NCBI GenBank assembly: GCA_020249125.1 | Contig: JADCGG010000040.1 | Span: 857 to 64,856, forward strand | DNA from: Roseomonas sp. | Lineage (GTDB): Bacteria; Pseudomonadota; Alphaproteobacteria; Acetobacterales; Acetobacteraceae | DNA: 64,000 nucleotides | Direction of reading: 5' to 3' | In this document: piece after piece, positions 39,054 to 49,085 of the stretch | How the letters are laid out: each line of letters opens with the position of its first letter | Numbering within the stretch: the first letter of the stretch is position 1 | The notes under the pieces: generated by a model | Databases searched by the model: none | What the model saw: only the letters and a program-made list of their open reading frames with translations | Told to the model about the DNA's origin: nothing | Program-made: the position numbers and the translations under genes

Positions 39054-39502
39054 CGCGCTGGATTTTCCTCTGGCTGCTGCTGGCGCTGCCCGCCTTTGCC
39101 GCAGTGGGTGACCCAAATGAAAGGCTTGCTGACCCCGCCAAGGAAGCACTGGCGCGGGAGATCGGGCGCGAATTGCGCTGCCTGGTCTGCCAAAACCAAT
39201 CCATCGAAGACAGTGACGCGCAGCTGGCGCGGGATTTGCGCCGCCTGGTGCGTGAACGTGTCGCCGCCGGAGAGGATCAGGCGGCGGTGATCACCTTTGT
39301 GCATCAGCGCTATGGTGATTTCGTGTTGCTGCGTCCGCCCGTGACGGCGGCGACGATACTGCTATGGGCCACGCCTTTCCTGGCGCTGGCTGGCGGCATT
39401 GCCGTCATCATGCTGCGCCGCCGCCGCGCGGTGGCTGAAGCGGCAGCACTTTCGCCTGAAGAAGCGCGGCGCCTAGCTGAGCTTGACCGCGGCACAGCAT
39501 GA
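39050..39502 (+). CDS. ccmH: Cytochrome c biogenesis protein CcmH (CycL)
   Basis: LRCLVCQNQSIEDSDA, RYGDFVLLRPP. Confidence 0.96.
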   Translation: MTRWIFLWLLLALPAFAAVGDPNERLADPAKEALAREIGRELRCLVCQNQSIEDSDAQLARDLRRLVRERVAAGEDQAAVITFVHQRYGDFVLLRPPVTAATILLWATPFLALAGGIAVIMLRRRRAVAEAAALSPEEARRLAELDRGTA

Positions 39503-40290
39503 TCTGGATTGCGATACTGCTGCTGGCGCTTGCCGCCATGGTGCCGCTGGTGGCCACACTGTTGCGCCCCGTGGTGACTCGTGGGCGACGCGAAGCGGAT
39601 GTGGCGCTGTATCGCGCACAACTGGAAGAACTTGAACGCGAAGCCGCGGCCGGAAGGCTGGAAGGCGATGCGCTGCGTGCCGCGCAGGTGGAAGTGCAGC
39701 GCCGCCTTCTACAGGCGCCAGAGGAAGCCGCGCCCAGCACGCGGGGCCGCGCGCTTGGCTTTTTGCCCTTGGTGTTTCTGATCCCCGCCGCCGGGCTTGG
39801 ACTTTATCTGGTGCAGGGCACGCCGGACATGCCTGCCGCCCCACATCGCGAAAGGGCGGAGATTGCCGCACGCGATGATGCGCTGCTGGCGCGCCTGCGC
39901 GAAAGGCTGGCCGGGCTTGACCCAATGAGTGACGCGGCGCGGCAGGGTTTTGTCATGTTGGGCAATGCGGAACGCAGCCGTGGTAACGCCGACGCGGCGG
40001 CTGAGGCTTGGCGCCGCGCGCTCGCTTCCCACTTCGATGTGGAATTAGCCGGTGATTTGGTTGAGATGGAAATCGGGCGCGGTGAATTTGTCGCCGCCGG
40101 CCCCATTCTGCTGCGCGCCTTGGCCGAGGCGCCGCAGGAACCCAAGCTGCGCTTCCTGCTTGGCGTCGTGGAAGCCGAGGCCGGGCAGCCGGAACGCGCA
40201 CGGGCAACCTGGCGGGCGCTTTTGGCCGATAGCCCGCCAGATGCGCCGTGGCGGGCTTTGGTGGAAAGAAGGTTGAGCACCTTGCCGTGA
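39499..40290 (+). CDS. ccmI: Cytochrome c biogenesis TPR protein CcmI (CycH)
   Basis: N-terminal TM, LYRAQLEELERE, second TM, TPR-like helices, LLADSPPDAPWR. Confidence 0.9.
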   Translation: MIWIAILLLALAAMVPLVATLLRPVVTRGRREADVALYRAQLEELEREAAAGRLEGDALRAAQVEVQRRLLQAPEEAAPSTRGRALGFLPLVFLIPAAGLGLYLVQGTPDMPAAPHRERAEIAARDDALLARLRERLAGLDPMSDAARQGFVMLGNAERSRGNADAAAEAWRRALASHFDVELAGDLVEMEIGRGEFVAAGPILLRALAEAPQEPKLRFLLGVVEAEAGQPERARATWRALLADSPPDAPWRALVERRLSTLP

Positions 40291-40422
40291 CTTGAATACC
40301 CGCCAATACCCCGTCAGGGCATAAACTTGGCGGCGCCCTCCGCTCCCGCCCCGGTTGCCTGAGACCGCCCCGCGCCCTATAGCGCCCAGGGTTCAGAAAC
40401 AGCCATCAAGGTTCCCCCACAC

Positions 40423-42462
40423 GTGGCCACCATCGCCGCCCCCGACGCGCCCAACCCCGCGCTCGCCGCCCAGGCGGCCATCCTCGCCCGCCCGCTTGAT
40501 GACCCCCGCCGCATGGCCAATGCCATCCGCGCGCTGGCGATTGACGCGGTGGAGCAAGCCAAATCCGGCCATCCCGGCATGCCCATGGGCATGGCCGATG
40601 CCGCGACCGCGCTGTTTTCCGGCTTCCTGAAATTCGATGCCGCCGACCCGCGCTGGCCGGACCGGGACCGCTTTGTCCTTTCCGCCGGCCATGGGTCCAT
40701 GCTGCTTTACGCGCTGTTGCACCTGACGGGGCATGAGGGCATGGGCGCGGATGACCTGAAGCGCTTCCGCCAATTGCATTCGCCGGCTGCCGGCCATCCG
40801 GAATTTGGCGAACACCCCGCGATTGAAACCACGACAGGCCCGCTGGGGCAGGGCATTTCGACCGCGGTCGGCATGGCCATGGCGGAACGCATGATGGCGG
40901 CGCGCTTTGGCGCCTCGCTGGTGGATCACCGCACTTGGGTGATCGCCTCAGACGGCGATTTACAGGAAGGGGTGGCGCATGAGGCTGCCGCCTTGGCCGG
41001 CCATTACGGCTTGTCCAAGCTGACGGTGCTGTGGGACGACAATCATATCTCGATTGATGGCGATACGGCGCTGTCATTCTCGGAAGATGTGCTGAAGCGC
41101 TTTCAGGCCTATGGCTGGGCCGTCAGGCGCGTGGATGGGCATGATGCGAGCGAATTGGCCGGCGCCATGTCCTGGGCCATGCGCAACCGCAAGCCGACTC
41201 TGATCGCCTGCCGCACCATCATCGGCCTTGGCGCGCCGACCAAGGCGGGCACGGCGGGCAGCCATGGCTCACCCTTGGGTGCCGCCGAAGCCGCCGCCGC
41301 CAAGCAGGCGCTCGGCTGGACTGCGGCGCCCTTTGAGGTGCCGGCGGATATCAAGGCGCTTTGGGAGGCTGCCGGACGGCGCGGCGCCGGGGCGCGGCGT
41401 TCCTGGCTGAAGCGCATCGCGAAGCACCCGCAGCGCGCGGAATTTGAACGCGCCATGGCAGGGCGCCTGCCGGAAGCCTGGAATGAGGCGCTGTCCGCGC
41501 TCCGCACCCAGATCGCGACCGACAAACCCAAGCTGGCGACGCGCGTTTCCAGCCAAAAGGCGCTGGAGGCTTTGGTGCCTTCCGTGCCGGAAATGGTCGG
41601 CGGTTCGGCTGATTTGACCGGTTCCAACAATACCAATGTGAAGGGCGTGCCGGCCATTGCGCCAGGCAATTTCAGCGGGCGCTTTGTCCATTGGGGCGTG
41701 CGCGAACATGGCATGGCGGCGGCCATGAATGGCATGGCGCTGCATGGCGGCATCATTCCCTACAGCGGCACCTTCCTTGTCTTCAGCGATTACCTGCGCC
41801 CCGCCGTGCGGCTGGCGGCACTGATGCGCCAGCGTGTCATTCATGTGCTGACGCATGATTCAATCGGCCTTGGTGAAGATGGCCCGACGCATCAGCCGGT
41901 GGAACATATCGCTTCCTTCCGCGCCATGCCGAATGTCCATGTGTTCCGTCCAGCCGATGCGATGGAAACGGCGGAATGCTGGGAATTGGCTTTGCGCCGC
42001 GCTGATGGCCCTTCCCTGCTGGCGCTATCGCGCCAAAACCTGCCGACGCTCCGTAGCGATACCAGCGAAAACCGTTCCGCCCGCGGCGGCTATGTGCTCG
42101 CGGAAGCCGATGGCGCGCGCAGCGCGACGCTGATCGCAACCGGCAGCGAGGTTTCGCTGGCCATGACCGCGCGTGAGACCCTGCAAACCGCCGGCATTCC
42201 AACCGCTGTTGTGTCCTTGCCGTGCTGGGAAATCTTCGCCGCGCAGGATGATGCCTATCGCGCCAGCGTTTTGGGCAGCGCGCCGCGCTTTGGCATTGAA
42301 GCCGCGGTTGGCTTTGGCTGGGAACGCTGGCTTGGCGCGGATGGCGTTTTCATCGGCATGGCAGGCTTTGGTGCCTCGGCGCCTGCTGATGAATTGTTCA
42401 GGCATTTCGGCATTACGCCGGATGCGGTGGTTGAAGCCGTACGCAAGCGGCTTGGGGTTTGA
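40423..42462 (+). CDS. tkt: Transketolase
   Basis: [58 protein letters not shown]. Confidence 0.98.
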   Translation: MATIAAPDAPNPALAAQAAILARPLDDPRRMANAIRALAIDAVEQAKSGHPGMPMGMADAATALFSGFLKFDAADPRWPDRDRFVLSAGHGSMLLYALLHLTGHEGMGADDLKRFRQLHSPAAGHPEFGEHPAIETTTGPLGQGISTAVGMAMAERMMAARFGASLVDHRTWVIASDGDLQEGVAHEAAALAGHYGLSKLTVLWDDNHISIDGDTALSFSEDVLKRFQAYGWAVRRVDGHDASELAGAMSWAMRNRKPTLIACRTIIGLGAPTKAGTAGSHGSPLGAAEAAAAKQALGWTAAPFEVPADIKALWEAAGRRGAGARRSWLKRIAKHPQRAEFERAMAGRLPEAWNEALSALRTQIATDKPKLATRVSSQKALEALVPSVPEMVGGSADLTGSNNTNVKGVPAIAPGNFSGRFVHWGVREHGMAAAMNGMALHGGIIPYSGTFLVFSDYLRPAVRLAALMRQRVIHVLTHDSIGLGEDGPTHQPVEHIASFRAMPNVHVFRPADAMETAECWELALRRADGPSLLALSRQNLPTLRSDTSENRSARGGYVLAEADGARSATLIATGSEVSLAMTARETLQTAGIPTAVVSLPCWEIFAAQDDAYRASVLGSAPRFGIEAAVGFGWERWLGADGVFIGMAGFGASAPADELFRHFGITPDAVVEAVRKRLGV

Positions 42463-42491
42463 TTTCAGTTCTTTCGGGGAAGGAAAAGATT

Positions 42492-43508
42492 ATGGCCGTC
42501 AAGGTTGCCATCAATGGGTTCGGGCGCATCGGGCGCCTTGTTTTGCGCGCGATGATTGAAAGCAATCGCCGCGATGTGGAATGCGTTGCGATCAATGATC
42601 TGGGTAGCGTGGAAGCCAATGCGCATCTGTTCCGCTATGACAGCGTGCATGGCCGCTTCCCCGGAGAAGTCGCGGTGGATGGCAACAAGATCATCATCAC
42701 CGCCAATGGCCGGACCTATGCGCCGATTATCGTCAGCGCCGAGCGTGACCCGACCAAGGTACCCTTCCAGGGCGTTGATGTCGCCATGGAATGCACCGGC
42801 ATTTTCACCAGCAAGGAAAAGGCTTCCGCGCTGATCACCGCTGGCGCGCGCAAGGTTGTCATCTCGGCCCCCGGCGATAATGCGGATGCGACCATTGTCT
42901 ATGGCGTCAATCACAAGACGCTGACGAAAGACATGACGGTGATTTCCAACGCATCCTGCACCACCAATTGCCTCGCACCCGTCGCCAAGGTGCTGCATGA
43001 GAATTTCGGCATTCTGCGCGGCTATATGGTGACGATTCACGCCTATACGGGTGATCAGAACACCGTTGATACGCTGCACAAGGACCTGCACCGCGCCCGC
43101 GCGGCGGCGGTTTCCGCGATCCCGACTTCCACCGGCGCGGCCAAGGCCGTGGGCCTGGTGATGCCGGAACTGAAGGGCAAGCTGGATGGCACGGCCATTC
43201 GCATCCCGACCCCCAATGTGTCGCTTGTGTCGCTGGATTTCGTGCCGGCTAAGGAAGGTGTGACGAAGGAAGCGGTGAATGCGGCCATGAAGGCGGCGGC
43301 TGAGGGCGAATTGAAGGGTATTCTCGGTTACAACACCGACCCGCTGGTCAGCATTGATTTCAACCACAACCCGGCTTCTTCCACCTTTGATGCGACGCAG
43401 ACGCAGGTGGTGGATGGCGGCCTGGTACGCGTGCTGTCCTGGTATGATAATGAATGGGGCTTTTCGAACCGCATGAGCGATACCGCCGCGCTGTTCGGTT
43501 CCCTATAA
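42492..43508 (+). CDS. gap: Type I glyceraldehyde-3-phosphate dehydrogenase
   Basis: [33 protein letters not shown]; start ATG 42492. Confidence 0.98.
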   Translation: MAVKVAINGFGRIGRLVLRAMIESNRRDVECVAINDLGSVEANAHLFRYDSVHGRFPGEVAVDGNKIIITANGRTYAPIIVSAERDPTKVPFQGVDVAMECTGIFTSKEKASALITAGARKVVISAPGDNADATIVYGVNHKTLTKDMTVISNASCTTNCLAPVAKVLHENFGILRGYMVTIHAYTGDQNTVDTLHKDLHRARAAAVSAIPTSTGAAKAVGLVMPELKGKLDGTAIRIPTPNVSLVSLDFVPAKEGVTKEAVNAAMKAAAEGELKGILGYNTDPLVSIDFNHNPASSTFDATQTQVVDGGLVRVLSWYDNEWGFSNRMSDTAALFGSL

Positions 43509-43566
43509 TTCTACGTGATGGGTGGCGTGACGCGCGCCGCCCTCCCCCCTCTGCTGAGGTTCCATC

Positions 43567-44754
43567 ATGGCTTTCAAGACGATTGATGCGCTGCCTGCCA
43601 AGGGTCAGCGCGTATTGCTGCGTGCGGATTTGAATGTGCCGGTCAAGGATGGCCGCATTACGGACCGCACGCGCATCGAGCGCCTTTGCCCCACTATCGC
43701 TGAATTGGCGCACAAAGGCGCGCGGGTGGTGGTGCTGAGCCATTTTGACCGGCCCAAGGGCAAGCGCGTGCCGGAAATGTCCTTGAAGCCCATGCAGGAA
43801 GCCTTGGCGGCGGCGCTGCACCGTCCCGTTGCCTGGTGTGATGATTGCGTCGGCGCGGAAGCGGAAGCCGCCGTGGCGGCTTTGGCTGATGGCGGCGTTT
43901 TGCTGCTGGAAAACACGCGCTTCCATGCTGGCGAGGAAAAAAATGACCCCGCGATGGCGGCGGCTCTCGCCAAACTGGGCGATGCTTTTGTGAATGATGC
44001 GTTTTCGGCGGCGCATCGCGCCCATGCCAGCACGGAAGGGGTGGCGCGGCTGCTGCCCGCCTATGCCGGGCGTCTGATGGAAACGGAATTGAAGGCCCTG
44101 GATGCGGCGCTCGGTAATCCGGCGCGGCCTGTGGTGGCAATTGTGGGTGGTGCGAAGGTTTCGACCAAGCTGGAATTGCTCGGCAATCTTTGCAGCAAGG
44201 TGGATGTGCTGGTGATTGGCGGCGCCATGGCCAATACCTTCCTGGCCGCGCAGGGCCATGGCATGGGCAAATCCCTGCAAGAAGCCGAAATGCACGACAC
44301 CGCGCGCCAGATCATGGACCAGGCCAAAGCGGCGAAGTGCGAGATCCTGCTGCCGGTTGATCTGGTGGTGAGCGAGGAATTCCGGGCCAATCCGCCAACG
44401 CGCATTGTTGCGGTGAATGCGGTGCCGGCTAGCATGATGGCGCTGGATGTCGGCCCGCAAAGTGTGGCGGCTTTGGAATCGCGGCTGCGCACCGCTTCCA
44501 CCCTGGTCTGGAATGGTCCGCTTGGCGCGTTTGAGACAGCGCCCTTTGATTCGGCGACAGTCGCGGCGGCGCAAACCGTGGCAGCGCTGACGCAATCCGG
44601 CGCGCTGAAATCCATCGCGGGCGGCGGGGATACGGTCGCGGCCTTGCGCCATGCCGGCGTGCTGGAACGCATGAGCTATGTCTCGACCGCCGGTGGCGCC
44701 TTTCTGGAATGGTTGGAAGGCAAGGAATTGCCGGGGGTTGCGGCGCTCGGTTGA
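43567..44754 (+). CDS. pgk: Phosphoglycerate kinase
   Basis: [53 protein letters not shown]. Confidence 0.98.
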   Translation: MAFKTIDALPAKGQRVLLRADLNVPVKDGRITDRTRIERLCPTIAELAHKGARVVVLSHFDRPKGKRVPEMSLKPMQEALAAALHRPVAWCDDCVGAEAEAAVAALADGGVLLLENTRFHAGEEKNDPAMAAALAKLGDAFVNDAFSAAHRAHASTEGVARLLPAYAGRLMETELKALDAALGNPARPVVAIVGGAKVSTKLELLGNLCSKVDVLVIGGAMANTFLAAQGHGMGKSLQEAEMHDTARQIMDQAKAAKCEILLPVDLVVSEEFRANPPTRIVAVNAVPASMMALDVGPQSVAALESRLRTASTLVWNGPLGAFETAPFDSATVAAAQTVAALTQSGALKSIAGGGDTVAALRHAGVLERMSYVSTAGGAFLEWLEGKELPGVAALG

Positions 44755-44828
44755 GCAAAATGTAAGAGTAGGTTGACGCTGCCCGCCAAGATGCAAAACT
44801 CACCCTGATAATGGGTGGGGAACAGACC

Positions 44829-46187
44829 ATGCGGCAAATGCACCTTGTCGGCTTTATGCAGGCACAAAACTGCACCAATTACGCCAGTTCCTGGCGGCAT
44901 CCGCTTTCGCGCACGGATTTCCTGACCGCCGATTTCTATCAGGAAATCGCCCGTATCCTGGAAGCCGGGAAATTCGATCTCGGCTTTTTTGATGACCGCC
45001 TTTCCATGCCGGACCGCTACGGCAATGACCATCACCACACGGTGGAACACGGCATTCGCTGCGTGAAGCTGGACCCCATCGTGACACTGACCATGATGGC
45101 GGCGGTGACATCCCGCCTTGGCCTTGGGTCCACCGCGTCCACCACCTATTACGAACCCTTCCATGTCGCACGCACCATGCAGACGCTGGATCTGATGAGC
45201 GCGGGGCGTGCCGCGTGGAATGTGGTGACATCACTCAATGACGGCGAAGCGGCCAATATGGGCCATGATGAGATGATGGAACACGACCGGCGCTATGATC
45301 GCGCGGATGAATTCGTTGAAATCGTGCTGGGCCATTGGGATGCCTGGGACCCGGATGCGCTGATTGTTGATAAATCCTCAGGCCGTTTCGCGGATGGCGA
45401 TAAGGTGCGGCGGCTTGATTATCGCGGGCAATTCCTGAAATCGCGCGGGCCTTTCACCGTGCCGCGCAGCCCACAAGGCCGCCCGGTGGTGATCCAGGCC
45501 GGTAGCAGCGGGCGCGGCAAGCGCTTTTCCGCGCGTTGGGCGGAACTGGTCTTCGTCGCCTATCACGATGTCGCTTCTGGCGCGAAGGAATATGCCGAAT
45601 TCAAGCACATGATCGCGGAAGCCGGGCGCAATCCGGATCATGTGAAGGTGGCGACTTTGATCTCCCCCATCTGCGCCGCCACCAAGGCGGAAGCGGAAGA
45701 CAAGGCCGCGCTGATCGCAAGCCTGCCCTTGGAAATTGATGCGCTTTCCTTGCTGTCAGAGGCACTGAATTTCGATTTCTCGACCAAGGGCATGGATGAA
45801 CCCTTCAGCGATGAGGAAATGGCCGGCATGCAGGGCTTGCAAGCCATTCGTGACCGCGTTGTCCGCAATACCGGCAAGAAGAACCCAACCGTGCGGGAAT
45901 TCATCACCGGCAGCGGGCGCGGTCGGCCCAATATGAATATGGTGGGCGGGCCGAAGGAGATTGCGGATAAGATGGAAGAATGGTTCACCAAGCCCGCCTG
46001 TGATGGCTTTGTGGTGGCCGCGACCTATGTGCCCGATGGCTACCGCGATTTCGTGACGCATGTGGTGCCGGAACTCCAGCGCCGTGGCTTGTTCCGCAAG
46101 GAATATGCGGGCGCGACGTTGCGCGACCATCTGGGCCTGGCGAAATCCACCATTGGCGATTGGCGGCCAAAGGCGGCGGCGGAATAG
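44829..46187 (+). CDS. NtaA/SnaA/DszA-family flavin-dependent (LLM class) monooxygenase
   Basis: ARILEAGKFDLGFFDD, LDPIVTL, LGLGSTASTTYYEPF, GRAAWNVVTS, PVVIQAGSSGRG, VVPELQRRGLFRKEY. Confidence 0.93.
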   Translation: MRQMHLVGFMQAQNCTNYASSWRHPLSRTDFLTADFYQEIARILEAGKFDLGFFDDRLSMPDRYGNDHHHTVEHGIRCVKLDPIVTLTMMAAVTSRLGLGSTASTTYYEPFHVARTMQTLDLMSAGRAAWNVVTSLNDGEAANMGHDEMMEHDRRYDRADEFVEIVLGHWDAWDPDALIVDKSSGRFADGDKVRRLDYRGQFLKSRGPFTVPRSPQGRPVVIQAGSSGRGKRFSARWAELVFVAYHDVASGAKEYAEFKHMIAEAGRNPDHVKVATLISPICAATKAEAEDKAALIASLPLEIDALSLLSEALNFDFSTKGMDEPFSDEEMAGMQGLQAIRDRVVRNTGKKNPTVREFITGSGRGRPNMNMVGGPKEIADKMEEWFTKPACDGFVVAATYVPDGYRDFVTHVVPELQRRGLFRKEYAGATLRDHLGLAKSTIGDWRPKAAAE

Positions 46188-46268
46188 GCGTTGCTTTCCC
46201 GGGCGTGCTTGCGCCATCCTGAACCAAAGGCGGGGCAAGACCCGCCATAACCACGGGAAGGAACCACC

Positions 46269-47351
46269 ATGCGCGCCGCGATTTTCCGCAAAGGCAATTT
46301 TGTGCTCGGCGATGTGCCGGACCCGCAACCTCAACCCGGCCAGGTGCTGGTGCGCACGAAATCCTGCGGCATTTGTGGCACGGATTTGCACGCCGCACGC
46401 TTCACCAAGGATTTCGTCTCCCTCGCGAGCCGCACTGGTGGGCGCTGGACCATGGATACGGAACGCGATGTGGTCTTTGGCCATGAATTTGTGGGGGAGG
46501 TTGTGGCAAATGGCCCAGGTACCGAAGGCAAATTCAAACCTGGCCAATTGGTCACTTCCATGCCGCTCACCCTCGCCGGCAATACGGTGATTGGCCTTGG
46601 CTATAATCCTGACATGGCCGGCGGTTTCGCGGAATACATGCCACTCGCGGAACGCATGCTGCTGCCGCTGCCCGCGGGGATGGAACCTGATCATGCCGCA
46701 CTGACGGAACCCATGGCGGTTGGCATTCATGCGGTGGAACATTTCGGCGTGAATAATGCCGAAGTGCCGCTGGTGATTGGTTGCGGCCCGATCGGGCTTG
46801 CCACCATTGCCGCGCTCAAGCTGCATGGCCATGCGCCGATCATTGCGGCGGATTTCTCGGCAGGACGAAGGGCGCTCGCCAAGAAAATGGGCGCGGATAT
46901 CGTGGTGGACCCTGCGGTTGAATCGCCCTACCAGGCTTTGGAACGCGCCATCACGCCGGATGACTATGATGCCAGCCGCTATGCGGCGCTTTTTGGCCTT
47001 GGCCCCAAGCGGCGCCCCGCCGTGCTGTTTGAATGTGTCGGCGTCCCTGGCGTGATGACGGCGATGATGGAAGGCGCACCCGCTGGCGCGCGCATTGTGG
47101 TGGTTGGCGTTTGCATGCAGCCCGATGAAATCGAACCCTATTTCGGTATCGTCAAGCAATTATCCCTGCAATTCGTCCTTGCCTATAACGCGCAGGAATT
47201 CGCGGCCACCCTTGGCCATATCGGTGCCGGGCGGCTGGATGTGCGGCCCCTGATCACGGGGCGGATCGGTCTGGCCGAGGTCGGGCAGGCCTTCCAGGAC
47301 CTCGCCAATCCCGAAACCCATGCCAAGATTCTGGTGGAACCCTGGCGATAA
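46269..47351 (+). CDS. Zinc-binding MDR dehydrogenase
   Basis: CGICGTDLH, GHEF, GGFAEY, GCGPIGL nucleotide-binding motif. Confidence 0.92.
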   Translation: MRAAIFRKGNFVLGDVPDPQPQPGQVLVRTKSCGICGTDLHAARFTKDFVSLASRTGGRWTMDTERDVVFGHEFVGEVVANGPGTEGKFKPGQLVTSMPLTLAGNTVIGLGYNPDMAGGFAEYMPLAERMLLPLPAGMEPDHAALTEPMAVGIHAVEHFGVNNAEVPLVIGCGPIGLATIAALKLHGHAPIIAADFSAGRRALAKKMGADIVVDPAVESPYQALERAITPDDYDASRYAALFGLGPKRRPAVLFECVGVPGVMTAMMEGAPAGARIVVVGVCMQPDEIEPYFGIVKQLSLQFVLAYNAQEFAATLGHIGAGRLDVRPLITGRIGLAEVGQAFQDLANPETHAKILVEPWR

Positions 47352-47402
47352 GGCGCTGGTTTTGGCTGTATCTGTCAGTCAAACCGGTCTATTCTGACTG
47401 TC

Positions 47403-49082
47403 ATGGCTTCGGAGCATAAACGGGAGGGGGCTGCCGCCGCCGCGCTTCTGGCGCGGGAAGCAAAGGCATTGCGGGGCCGGCTTTACGGGCCGGTGCTGCT
47501 CGGCCTTGCGCTTGCGTTGGCGAGTGTGGCGCAAGCGCTGCTGATCGCGCGCCTGCTGGCGGCGCTTTTGGCGGGCACCACAGCCTCCTGGGCGGATTTC
47601 ATCGGCGCCGGCGCCTTGGCATTGATCATGGCCGCGCTTGGCATCGCGCAGGAACGCGCCCAGACCGCCGCCGGGGAAGAAGCGAAAGCCAGCCTGCGCG
47701 CGCGCATTCTCGCACGCCTTTTGGCGCAAGGCCCCGCAGACCAGCGCCCGGTCGGCGAAAAAAGCGCGCTGGTGGTGGAACGTGTGGAAGCCATGGAAGG
47801 CTATTTCGCGCGCTGGATGCCGGCCGCGATCCTCGCCGTGCTGGCACCGCTGCTGATTGCCGGCTGTGCCGCGCTGTTTGACCCTGTGAGTGGCCTCATC
47901 CTGCTGGTGGCCGGCCTGATGGTGCCGGTGGCGCAGGCGGCTTCCGGCATTGGCGCCGCACAAGCCAGCCGTCGGCAATTCGCCGCCTTGCAGCGGCTTT
48001 CCGGACGCTTTCTGGACCGCATGCGCGGCCTGCCCGTGCTGGTGCTGTTCAACCAGCAGCGCGCAGAAACCCAAAGGCTTGCCGCGGCGGCTGAGGAATT
48101 GCGCCAGCGCACCATGCGCGTGTTGCGGGTTGCGTTTATCTCCTCGGGCGCGATGGAATTGATCGCCGCCGCTGCGCTTGCCTGTCTTGCGATTCGCCAT
48201 GGCGCGGTGCTGACCGGCGCGCATCCTGATCCGGTGGCGGCGTTTTTCGTTGTGCTGCTGGTGCCGGTGTTTTTCCTGCCGCTGCGGTCCTTTGCCGCCG
48301 CCTATCACGAACAACTTGGCGCGCGTGGCGCGGCGGCGGATTTGGCCCCCTTGCTGGAACAACCCGAAGAAACCGGGCTGTTGCTGGAAGAAGTGCCGCC
48401 CAAACTCACCATCACCTTTCAGGATGTGCGGCTTTTCTATGACCCTTCGCGCCCGCCCGCCTTGGATGGGCTTTCCTTCCGCGTGCTGGCCGGTGAGACG
48501 CTGTTGCTGACTGGCGCATCGGGTGCTGGCAAAACATCAGCGCTCCGCATCCTGATGGGTTTCGCCCGGCCCGAATCGGGGCGCGTGGCCATCAATGGCC
48601 GCGATGCCATGCTGCTGAAGCCATCCGAATTGCGCCGCCTGTCATCCTATGTCGGGCAGCGCGCGCATCTTTTCCGCGCGACATTGCGCGAAAATATTCG
48701 CTTGGCGAGGCCAGATGCCGATGACCCGGCGGTGCTGGCCGCCGCAGAAGCCGCGCAGGTGATGGATTTTGTGCGTGACCTGCCGGACGGGCTGGATACG
48801 CTGATTGGCGAAGGCGGCTTCGGGCTTTCTGGCGGGCAGGCGCAGCGCGTGGCCCTTGCGCGTGCGTTTTTGCGCGACACGCCTTTGGTGCTTTTGGATG
48901 AACCCACCGCGCATCTTGATCCGGGCACTGAGGCTTCCGTTTTGGATGCGCTGCGCCGGCTTTGCGTGGGGCGCACTGCCATTATCGCCACCCATGCCAA
49001 GGCCGCGCGTTCCTATTTCGGCCAAAGGCTGGAAATCGAGGATGGGCGCGCCCAGGGCAGCAGGCTCGCGGGGAATGATTAG
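47403..49082 (+). CDS. cydD: Thiol reductant ABC exporter subunit CydD
   Basis: VEAMEGYFARWMP, LSGRFLDRMRGL, RTMRVLRVAFISS, PVFFLPLRSF, GASGAGKT, LSGGQAQR, LDEPTAHLD. Confidence 0.93.
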   Translation: MASEHKREGAAAAALLAREAKALRGRLYGPVLLGLALALASVAQALLIARLLAALLAGTTASWADFIGAGALALIMAALGIAQERAQTAAGEEAKASLRARILARLLAQGPADQRPVGEKSALVVERVEAMEGYFARWMPAAILAVLAPLLIAGCAALFDPVSGLILLVAGLMVPVAQAASGIGAAQASRRQFAALQRLSGRFLDRMRGLPVLVLFNQQRAETQRLAAAAEELRQRTMRVLRVAFISSGAMELIAAAALACLAIRHGAVLTGAHPDPVAAFFVVLLVPVFFLPLRSFAAAYHEQLGARGAAADLAPLLEQPEETGLLLEEVPPKLTITFQDVRLFYDPSRPPALDGLSFRVLAGETLLLTGASGAGKTSALRILMGFARPESGRVAINGRDAMLLKPSELRRLSSYVGQRAHLFRATLRENIRLARPDADDPAVLAAAEAAQVMDFVRDLPDGLDTLIGEGGFGLSGGQAQRVALARAFLRDTPLVLLDEPTAHLDPGTEASVLDALRRLCVGRTAIIATHAKAARSYFGQRLEIEDGRAQGSRLAGND

Positions 49083-49085
49083 GCC

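Noticed and set aside
46229-46246. GGCGGG-GCAAGA-CCCGCC hairpin as a terminator
   Set aside because: 6-bp stem with no U-tract between co-oriented genes; not enough to call.
45756-47159. Long antisense ORFs such as 45756-47159, 43360-44796, 49487-50764 and 61562-62830
   Set aside because: Mirror frames of well-supported genes, typical of GC-biased codon usage.
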